Positions 57,081 through 64,000 of a DNA stretch of 64,000 nt are shown here, one piece after another. Below the pieces are notes generated by a model that made no database searches, was not told the DNA's origin, and saw nothing but the letters and a program-made list of their open reading frames with translations. The position numbers and the translations under genes were made by a program. Each line of letters opens with the position of its first letter. The first letter of the stretch is position 1. The stretch comes from Candidatus Zixiibacteriota bacterium (lineage in GTDB: Bacteria > Zixibacteria > MSB-5A5 > UBA10806 > 4484-95): the NCBI GenBank assembly GCA_037441845.1, contig JBBIRK010000003.1, positions 160,001 to 224,000 on the forward strand. The letters run 5' to 3'.

Positions 57081-58055
57081 ATGACCGTCTATCGTTGTCC
57101 TGTTTGCAAAAAGGTGTTAACGAAAACCGAATACGATTCCGCTCTCGGAATCCTTGAAGAGCAGAAATTGCATCTTAAACGCGAGCTTGCTAAACTCGAA
57201 CAGGAAAAAGCGCAGTTCCGGCGGCAAAAAGCAGCATTGCTGGCGAAAGTGAAATCGGCTAAGCGCGAAGGAATCGACGAAGGACGACGGAAGGAAAGAG
57301 AGCGCGCGGAACGCCTTTTCAAGGGAAAGGATAAGGAAATTGAGAAGCTGAAGGAGCGCATTCAACAGCTTCAAAGAGGCACGACGCCGCAAACCGAAGG
57401 GCTGGAGTTCGAGGAGACCCTTGCCGACCGCTTGCAGAACGAGTTTCCCACCGATGGAATTCAGCATGAGGGCAAAAACGGAGACATTCTTCATTTTGTC
57501 ATGTTTCATGGCAAACGAGCTGGCGTGATTATTTACGAATGTAAACGCACGCCGAGAATATCCTCGGCCCATATCGGGCAAGTCCTAAGAGCCAAGCGAC
57601 AGCGTGAGGCTGATTTCGCAGTCTTGGTCACGACCGGCCGGCGGAAGGATTTTGCGGGTTTGGCGCAGGATAACGGTGTCTTGATAGTATCACCTTTGGG
57701 GGTCGTACCACTTGTTTCCTTGCTGCGCGGGCATCTTATTGAAATGCTCAGGGCCAAAATAACCAAAGAAGATAGATTGCAAATCGCTCAGAAATTATTG
57801 GATCATATAACCAGCCCGCAGTTCAAGAACCCTATCGAAGAGATTGTCGAGAAAGCAAATCATCTGCAGGCCATGCTTGAAGACGAGGCAAAGCAACATT
57901 TCCGAACCCGGGAAACCCGTTGGAATCATTACCAGAGAATAAGCTGGGACAGCTCTCAGATACAAGCCAATCTGCAACTCGTTCTGCAAGGCAAGGAGCC
58001 CAAACCGCTGACTTATGTGAAGCTCAAGCCGTTGCAGTTGCCGCCGCCCTCATGA
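57081..58055 (+). CDS. DUF2130 / RmuC-like coiled-coil protein with a putative PD-(D/E)xK nuclease domain
   Basis: N-terminal CPVC, long coiled coil, EGLEFEE.L...L...FP.D.I....K.GDI...IIYECKRT and AKRQREADFAVLVT. Confidence 0.75.
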   Translation: MTVYRCPVCKKVLTKTEYDSALGILEEQKLHLKRELAKLEQEKAQFRRQKAALLAKVKSAKREGIDEGRRKERERAERLFKGKDKEIEKLKERIQQLQRGTTPQTEGLEFEETLADRLQNEFPTDGIQHEGKNGDILHFVMFHGKRAGVIIYECKRTPRISSAHIGQVLRAKRQREADFAVLVTTGRRKDFAGLAQDNGVLIVSPLGVVPLVSLLRGHLIEMLRAKITKEDRLQIAQKLLDHITSPQFKNPIEEIVEKANHLQAMLEDEAKQHFRTRETRWNHYQRISWDSSQIQANLQLVLQGKEPKPLTYVKLKPLQLPPPS

Positions 58056-58176
58056 TGGGAGCAAAATTTGTTTAAGGAGAAGAGGCAGAAATATTGAAAC
58101 GGATTAAGGGTGATTTCGGATAATTGAGGTGGAATCGTTTAATCAACGGATCAATGGACGATTAAGGGAGGATATT

Positions 58177-59937
58177 ATGAAAACCGCTATACTTTGCCTG
58201 GCTTGGCTGATTATCTTGACCCTGGCCGCGGTGGTGTCAGGTGAGGTTGTCACCACCAGATCGGTCGAAAACGATCGGCTGATCACCGGCGAGGAGCAAA
58301 TACCGATTATGAACCCTATACCGTATCGCCCGAATGCGGCGACCGAATCGCCGGGGATCATAGTAGGCACGACTTTTTATGATTACCAGACAAATGCATC
58401 CACAGGCAGAAGAATCGCCTATTCACCGGATCATCGGGCGCAGATGACTTGGATGAATGGATTGAATTGGCCGACGCCGCGCTCCATTTATTACAATTGG
58501 GTCGATACCAACGGCAACGTTTATGAACCGAATGGAGGTTGTCAGATTAGCGGCGCTACCGGGGGATACCCACAGTTTTCGTTGTATCAATCTATCAGAG
58601 GAATGATTGGCTATCATCAAGCGGGCGGGACGCCGCCGCCATATGTCATGTTCGCCTATGAAGGCGATCCGGTCGGAGAATGCATTTGGACTTACTCGAA
58701 TCCTCCCGACTCGTTTCCTGGGGCGGCGCGCCTGTATTGGCCATATTTCGATGTCGATCAGCGCGGGTGGATCCATCTGGTGGCATCGGAAAATACGACG
58801 ACTCGTCAAAGGTTTTTCTACACTCGTTCCACCAACGGCGGCAATAGCTGGACAACGCTTCAATTCGTAGACAGCATAGAGGTGATTTCCGCCGTGGTCG
58901 ATGCCTCGCCGGTTTCCGGCAAGGTGGTGATCGCCTATCACCAACCGGGATCGGTGCGCACCAATATTTACAACGAAATCGTCTATGTTCAAACCACAGA
59001 CGGAGTCAACTGGAATTTCGGTCATCCCACCTACGTGACCAACTACCGCAATGACAACGATTCGATGTGGGCATATTGCGACCTCGATTTGCTGATCGAT
59101 TACAACGACAATATCAATATCGCCTGGACCGCGTTTTGGTGCCCCGATTCGGCTCATCTGTATTGGCCGTCGCATCTGTACCATTACAACAGCGGAACCG
59201 GTCAGATCAACCTCGTCCGCCCGCCTTGGCCGGAATCATCGAGCTGGTATTCGAACTGCGATCCCGGCGGCTGGAATATGCCGATTTGCAAGATGAGCAT
59301 GGGCGTAAATCAAATTTCCGGTTGCCTGTTCATGATCTGGACGCAATTCGATACCTCGGATTGTTCCGAGGGAGGCTATGCCAACGGCGAAATTTACAGC
59401 TCGTCTTCGTGTGACAACGGCCAGCATTGGCTACCTGTGCCTATCAACCTCACCAATTCCCATACGCCGGGTTGTTTTGCGGGCGATTGCGAAAGCGACC
59501 ATTGGGCCTCAATCGCCCGCGAGGTAACTCCCGAGATGTATTCGCATATATTATATATCAACGACAAGGACGCCGGTGGAATTCCGCAAACCGAAGGAAG
59601 TCCGACCGAGAATCCGGTGAAATATCTGAAAGTGGAGATACCCACCGGCATCGAGGAGAATATCCACAGGCCGCATGCCTTCACTCTCGAGCAGAATTAT
59701 CCGAATCCTTTCAACTCGAAGACGTTGATTTCGTTTGAGCTTAAAAAACGCTCGATCGCTAAAATGGAAGTAATCGACGTTACAGGCGGGATAGTGGCTG
59801 TTCTTCTGAATCGCGAGCTGGCTGCCGGCCGACATGAAGTGATATTCGATGCCGGCAAACTGGCCTCGGGGATTTATTACTATAAGCTTACGGCCGACGG
59901 CGAAATTCAGACCAAGAAAATGGTGCTCGTGAAATAG
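58177..59937 (+). CDS. Secreted Asp-box-containing protein with a T9SS-type C-terminal domain (paralogue 2)
   Basis: Signal peptide MKTAILCLAW; colinear with 54988..56766; QNYPNPFN...KKMVLVK. Confidence 0.85.
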   Translation: MKTAILCLAWLIILTLAAVVSGEVVTTRSVENDRLITGEEQIPIMNPIPYRPNAATESPGIIVGTTFYDYQTNASTGRRIAYSPDHRAQMTWMNGLNWPTPRSIYYNWVDTNGNVYEPNGGCQISGATGGYPQFSLYQSIRGMIGYHQAGGTPPPYVMFAYEGDPVGECIWTYSNPPDSFPGAARLYWPYFDVDQRGWIHLVASENTTTRQRFFYTRSTNGGNSWTTLQFVDSIEVISAVVDASPVSGKVVIAYHQPGSVRTNIYNEIVYVQTTDGVNWNFGHPTYVTNYRNDNDSMWAYCDLDLLIDYNDNINIAWTAFWCPDSAHLYWPSHLYHYNSGTGQINLVRPPWPESSSWYSNCDPGGWNMPICKMSMGVNQISGCLFMIWTQFDTSDCSEGGYANGEIYSSSSCDNGQHWLPVPINLTNSHTPGCFAGDCESDHWASIAREVTPEMYSHILYINDKDAGGIPQTEGSPTENPVKYLKVEIPTGIEENIHRPHAFTLEQNYPNPFNSKTLISFELKKRSIAKMEVIDVTGGIVAVLLNRELAAGRHEVIFDAGKLASGIYYYKLTADGEIQTKKMVLVK

Positions 59938-59967
59938 CGTCGAGCCTAATTTGTACAAACGATTTCT

Positions 59968-60003
59968 ACGGCAGTGACGGATATGCCGTCACTGTCGTTT
60001 TTT
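59968..60003 (+). terminator. Rho-independent terminator
   Basis: ACGGCAGTGACGG-ATATG-CCGTCACTGTCGT followed by a T-run. Confidence 0.87.
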
Positions 60004-60073
60004 GTTCCTATGATTGTATCAAGTTAATAACAACCATTAACTTAATTATTCCGTTGATTCGCTTCCAAACCCC

Positions 60074-60101
60074 TAAATCCCACGGTTGAATCGGCCGATA
60101 T
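60074..60101 (+). promoter_or_regulatory. sigma28 (FliA) promoter of motAB
   Basis: TAAA-N16-GCCGATAT. Confidence 0.65.
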
Positions 60102-60128
60102 TAAAATTGGGCAAAGAGTTAGGGATAT

Positions 60129-60890
60129 ATGGATATCGCCACTATTGGAGGACTGATTGTCGGCGTGGGAGCCGTTATCGTCGCTTTCCTTATGGAAGGC
60201 GGACGGCTTTCGGCGCTGTTCCACATACCGGCGATGGTGCTGGTGATTTTCGGCACTATCGGCGCCGCCACGATCACTACCTCGATCCGAACACTTTCGA
60301 ACGTGCCGACTTTGTTAAGGATCGCCTTCTCCCGTCAGTATCTGGACACTATGGCTCTGATAGATCAGATCGTGAGTCTTGCCGAAAAGGCGCGTCGCGA
60401 AGGAATCCTCGGTCTCGAAAAGCATCTCGACAGCATAGCCAATCCTTTTTTCCGTAAGGCCGTTCAATTGGTTATCGACGGCACTGAGGTCACCCAGCTG
60501 CGCAATATCATGGAAACCGAAATCGCCTACATGAGCGAAAGGCATAAGACGGGAATCTTGTTTTTCCAAAAGCTTGGCGGATTCTCACCGACCCTCGGGA
60601 TAATCGGCACCGTTCTTGGATTGATTCACGCCTTATCGCGGGTCGATGAAGCCTCCAAGATCGCCGGGGCTATCGCCGGCGCCTTTATCGCCACGCTCTG
60701 GGGAATAGCGCTGGCCAATCTCTGTTACCTTCCGATAAGCGATAAGCTGCGATTCCGTCATCAACAAGAATCTCGTCAGCACGAATTGATTCTCGAGGGA
60801 ATGGTATCGCTGCAATCGGGAGAGAATCCACGAGTGATCAGAAACAAACTTTTGACTTATATAAATCCCAAACTGCGTAATCAGGATTAA
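60129..60890 (+). CDS. motA: Flagellar motor stator protein MotA
   Basis: MDIATIGG, AEKARREGILGLE, SPTLGIIGTVLGLI, AFIATLWG and GENPR. Confidence 0.95.
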   Translation: MDIATIGGLIVGVGAVIVAFLMEGGRLSALFHIPAMVLVIFGTIGAATITTSIRTLSNVPTLLRIAFSRQYLDTMALIDQIVSLAEKARREGILGLEKHLDSIANPFFRKAVQLVIDGTEVTQLRNIMETEIAYMSERHKTGILFFQKLGGFSPTLGIIGTVLGLIHALSRVDEASKIAGAIAGAFIATLWGIALANLCYLPISDKLRFRHQQESRQHELILEGMVSLQSGENPRVIRNKLLTYINPKLRNQD

Positions 60891-60893
60891 GCG

Positions 60894-61673
60894 ATGTCGC
60901 TTTTGTTCCGAAAACGCCATGACGATTCGGACAACGAAAACCTCGACCGCTGGCTTCTCACCTATGCGGATATGATCACGCTGCTTTTGGCCTTTTTCGT
61001 GGTGATGTATTCGATCTCGCAGGTCGACAGCGCTAAATTCCGGAAGGTCACCGAGGCTCTCACAGCGGCACTCGACGGCAACCCGCGCGTAAGGCGCGCC
61101 TCACCCGGCGATCTCGAGGGCGGCGGATTGCTCAAAAAACAAAAGACGCTTGAACAGCTGCTGAATCTGCAAAAAGAAATAGGGGCGATTTCCCGATTGC
61201 TGAATCTCGATCTGCAGATCAGCACCGAACTGCAGCATCGCGGACTGGTGATTCATATCAGTGAATCGGCCTTCTTCGATCTCGGAAAAGCCGATTTGAA
61301 GCCCGAGGCGACCAGAGTCCTCGACCTGCTGGCGGTGGAACTGTTGAAAATCCCCAACCATATCAGGGTCGAGGGCCATACCGATAACCTGCCGATCAAG
61401 ACCGCCCGGTTTCCATCGAATTGGGAGCTTTCGACTGCCAGAGCCGCCAGCTGTCTGCGTTACCTCGTGGAAAAGCATCATTTCCCGCCCGATAGAATTT
61501 CAGCGTTGGGTTATGCCGAATATCGCCCTATCGCCCCCAACACCACAGTCGAGGGGCGCAACCGCAACCGCCGGGTCGATATAGTGGTGTTGACTCCCGA
61601 GGATATTATAATAGAGCCGGTGGATCAAACGGCGCCGAAGAAACCAGACAGCCTCAGCGGGATATCTAGTTAA
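60894..61673 (+). CDS. motB: Flagellar motor stator protein MotB
   Basis: RWLLTYADMITLLLAFFVVMYSIS; OmpA-like VEGHTD, NWELSTARA and NRRVDI. Confidence 0.95.
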   Translation: MSLLFRKRHDDSDNENLDRWLLTYADMITLLLAFFVVMYSISQVDSAKFRKVTEALTAALDGNPRVRRASPGDLEGGGLLKKQKTLEQLLNLQKEIGAISRLLNLDLQISTELQHRGLVIHISESAFFDLGKADLKPEATRVLDLLAVELLKIPNHIRVEGHTDNLPIKTARFPSNWELSTARAASCLRYLVEKHHFPPDRISALGYAEYRPIAPNTTVEGRNRNRRVDIVVLTPEDIIIEPVDQTAPKKPDSLSGISS

Positions 61674-61864
61674 ACCGCCGATACCCATTCCTTATTATTA
61701 TTGGTTCAGCTTTTTTAAACCGCCATGAGGGTGGGCGAATTTTGCCGCGGCCATGGAAATTATTTCCCGGCTCGGCCTGCGTCTTTTTTCCGGGGGCATT
61801 TCATCATCAGGGGAAGTTATTCGTTTGCAATCGATTAGAAGAAATGCCGGGGATATTCGCAGGG

Positions 61865-61880
61865 TGGCACAACGATTGCA
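61865..61880 (+). promoter_or_regulatory. sigma54 promoter of the flgB operon
   Basis: TGGCACA-ACGA-TTGCA, near-perfect consensus, 23 bp before the flgB ATG. Confidence 0.85.
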
Positions 61881-61903
61881 TTCAAGTTTTCGCGGGTGAA
61901 AGT

Positions 61904-62314
61904 ATGATTATTCAAAAACAGGTGATCGAAAAATCGGGAATCCCGTTGCTGAAACGGCTGCTTCATGTTGTCGCCGGTTCCCAGAAAGTCACGGCCGATA
62001 ATATCGCCCACGTTTCCACACCCGGGTATAAGAGCAAATCGATTGATTTTCATAAAGAAATGGCCGCGGCGCTGAAAAAAGAAAAAGTCAGTCTGCAGAC
62101 GACCGATCCCAAGCATATACCATCGCCGGAAAAACCCCACGGTATCAAGACGATTATCAACGAAGACGAAAACAACCAATCCGGCGTGAATAACGTCGAT
62201 ATCGACAAAGAGATGGCCACTCTGGCCGAAAACCAGATACTTTTCGCCTATGGAGCGAAGGCTGCCATGCAGAAATTCACTATATTGAGAAATGTTATCA
62301 GAGGCAGGAGCTGA
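61904..62314 (+). CDS. flgB: Flagellar basal body rod protein FlgB
   Basis: ADNIAHVSTPGYK..IDF, TDPKH and NNVDIDKEM; true start is the ATG at 61904. Confidence 0.92.
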   Translation: MIIQKQVIEKSGIPLLKRLLHVVAGSQKVTADNIAHVSTPGYKSKSIDFHKEMAAALKKEKVSLQTTDPKHIPSPEKPHGIKTIINEDENNQSGVNNVDIDKEMATLAENQILFAYGAKAAMQKFTILRNVIRGRS

Positions 62315-62316
62315 AG

Positions 62317-62811
62317 ATGACCAAGATATTTTCCACGATTGAAATCGGGGCCTCGGGACTTTCGGCTCAGCGCACCAGATTGAATGCGATTTCCCAAAAT
62401 ATCGCCAATGTAGAGACAACCAAGACTCCCGAGGGGACCCCTTACAAGAGACGCCAGGTGGTGTTTCGCGCCGATGAGGAAAACAAGCGGTTCATCGATA
62501 TTCTCGACAACTCCGTCACCAGCCTCACGAAAACCAATCCCAGGCACATTGCGAACGCCGAAACATCTGCCAGTCGCAAAGGCGAGCTCGAGCTGGTGAA
62601 GGCGTCTGAAGAGGTGATCGAGCCGGTGGCATTCAAAATGATCTACGATCCTACTCATCCGGACGCCGACGAAAACGGTTACGTTGAGATGCCGGATATC
62701 GACCTGATCGCCGAAATGGTCGATATGATGACCGCAACTCGCGCTTATGAAGCTGACGTGGCCGTTGTCCAATCGGCCAAAGATATGGCAATGCAGGCTC
62801 TCGATATTTAA
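62317..62811 (+). CDS. flgC: Flagellar basal body rod protein FlgC
   Basis: SGLSAQRTRLNAISQNIAN, PYKRRQV, YDPTHPDA and EMVDMMTATRAYEA. Confidence 0.96.
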   Translation: MTKIFSTIEIGASGLSAQRTRLNAISQNIANVETTKTPEGTPYKRRQVVFRADEENKRFIDILDNSVTSLTKTNPRHIANAETSASRKGELELVKASEEVIEPVAFKMIYDPTHPDADENGYVEMPDIDLIAEMVDMMTATRAYEADVAVVQSAKDMAMQALDI

Positions 62812-62831
62812 CCAAGTAGGGGAGTTCAACC

Positions 62832-63107
62832 ATGAAGATAGAATCATCTCCGATTTATAATCGAAACGGCTTGATTCCGGTTCGCCAGTCCGGCGGCGAC
62901 CAGCCGGGGATTGCGGCCGCGAAAAAGAGCACGGGCCGGCCGACAGAAACCCCCAAGAGCGAGAGTTTTCAGGCGCTTCTTTCGGAAGCTGAGGCTGATC
63001 AGCTGATGCAGTTGTTCGGCAAATTCGATATTGCCGCTCTAACCGAAACCGCCGCGAATTCGCGCAGCGAAACTCGTCCTGGTCGCTTGATTGACATAAC
63101 GGTATAA
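62832..63107 (+). CDS. Hypothetical small flagellar-operon protein
   Basis: SD GGGAG; fills the flgC-fliE gap; C-terminus GRLIDITV. Confidence 0.65.
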   Translation: MKIESSPIYNRNGLIPVRQSGGDQPGIAAAKKSTGRPTETPKSESFQALLSEAEADQLMQLFGKFDIAALTETAANSRSETRPGRLIDITV

Positions 63108-63111
63108 TCCG

Positions 63112-63423
63112 ATGACGAAAATTCTCCCCGGATATTATCGCCAGGTAGCTCCCGATCTGTCCGCCCTGGCGGGCGCCGCACCGAAAGCGGTCGAAAAGGA
63201 AAATCTCAGTTTCCCGCAGATTTTCAAGGAGATGATCGGCAACACGAACGAGCTTCAAAGCAAAGCCCAGCTATTGGCCGAAAAATTCGTCATGGGTGAA
63301 GTCAGTGACATTCATGAAGTGATGGTGGCCGCCGAAGAAGCGGGAATAGCGCTCGAGCTGGTGATGGAGATACGCAATAAATTGGTCGAGGCTTATCAGG
63401 AATTGATGCGTTTACAGGTGTAA
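63112..63423 (+). CDS. fliE: Flagellar hook-basal body protein FliE
   Basis: DIHEVMVAAEEA...EIRNKLVEAYQELMRLQV. Confidence 0.95.
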   Translation: MTKILPGYYRQVAPDLSALAGAAPKAVEKENLSFPQIFKEMIGNTNELQSKAQLLAEKFVMGEVSDIHEVMVAAEEAGIALELVMEIRNKLVEAYQELMRLQV

Positions 63424-63426
63424 CGA

Positions 63427-64000
63427 ATGGCCGGCGAATTCATTAACGGATATAAAGACTCGGCGCTGCGCTGGTGGAATTCCCTTAATTCCGGCAAGAA
63501 AACATCTTTCGTGGCGCTGACGGTTATTACCGTCATCCTGATGATCGTGCTGTTCAGTCAGATAACCAAAGCCACATATCAGGTGTTGTACAGAGGACTC
63601 GATCCTCAAGAAGCCGGGCAGATCGTCGATCAACTGCGCGAATTGAAGGTGCCCTACCGGGTCTCCGACGGCGGAACGGCCGTATTGGTCCCCGGCAATA
63701 AACTGAATGAAACCAGACTCAATCTCGCCGCCCAGGGTTATCCCAAAAGCGGTATTGTTGGCTATGAAGTGTTCGACAAAACCAATCTCGGAATGACCGA
63801 TTTTCTGCAAAAGGTCAATTACCGGCGGGCGCTCGAGGGCGAATTGACCAAGACCATTTCCAGCCTTAAGGAAGTCAAAGGGGCCAGAGTTCATCTGGTG
63901 ATTCCCGAACAAAGGTTGTTTCAAGAAGACCAAAAACAACCGAGCGCTTCGATCGTGCTTTATCTCGATCGCAATATGCCTTTGAGCAAAAGGCAGATCG
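63427..64000 (+). CDS. fliF: Flagellar MS-ring protein FliF, 3' truncated by the window edge (absent from the ORF track)
   Basis: Manual translation: TM helix, YQVLYRGL, GYEVFDK..LGMTDF.QKVNYRRALEGEL, ARVHLVIP and PSASIVL. Confidence 0.95.
   Translation, partial: MAGEFINGYKDSALRWWNSLNSGKKTSFVALTVITVILMIVLFSQITKATYQVLYRGLDPQEAGQIVDQLRELKVPYRVSDGGTAVLVPGNKLNETRLNLAAQGYPKSGIVGYEVFDKTNLGMTDFLQKVNYRRALEGELTKTISSLKEVKGARVHLVIPEQRLFQEDQKQPSASIVLYLDRNMPLSKRQI

Noticed and set aside
56860..58130. Integron cassette around the DUF2130 gene
   Set aside because: No RYYYAAC...GTTRRRY attC structure after the stop codon and no intI.
56160..59620. Diversity-generating retroelement or gene-conversion repeat between the paralogues
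   Set aside because: Differences are synonymous and not adenine-specific, and there is no reverse transcriptase.
61742..61903. N-terminal extension of flgB given by the ORF track (likewise the extensions at 46585, 37938, 51903 and 58129)
   Set aside because: The extensions run through promoter DNA; homology or signal peptides begin at the downstream starts.

Overview
Chromosomal window from a motile, piliated bacterium. Secreted proteins carry T9SS-type 'NYPNPFN...LLK' tails and a paired 'GDxNxxG' dockerin-like tail, which suggests an FCB-group organism such as candidate phylum Zixibacteria (inference only). In order, the window holds: the end of an exopolysaccharide locus; PEGA and FN3 surface proteins; a DUF2723/TMEM260-like glycosyltransferase abutting two tandem type IV pilins and pilD; signalling genes; a cysK-like gene, purDE, lemA and galT-glgA; a lone phage-replication-initiator-like gene; a BNR/dockerin protein; a Gly-Cys-Leu tRNA triad split by a two-gene insert; a 13-gene signalling block (RsbUWV partner switch, HEAT protein, cheR-Y-Y-Z-A-B with no MCP or CheW, FlgSR/FleSR-like pair); the yceD-rpmF-plsX-fab-rnc operon; ytfI/ytfJ with an orphan etfB; a ~1725-aa kinase-STAND-TPR-GAF-sigma54 activator; T9SS-type cargo paralogues flanking a DUF2130 gene; motAB; and the start of flgBC-fliEF. 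I saw no CRISPR array, rRNA, transposase or integrase. The best candidates for undescribed biology are the DUF2723-pilin coupling, the receptor-less HEAT/Rsb chemosensory operon, the giant STAND-type sigma54 activator and a probable CTG start for fabG. All family calls come from motif recognition by eye; no database searches were run.
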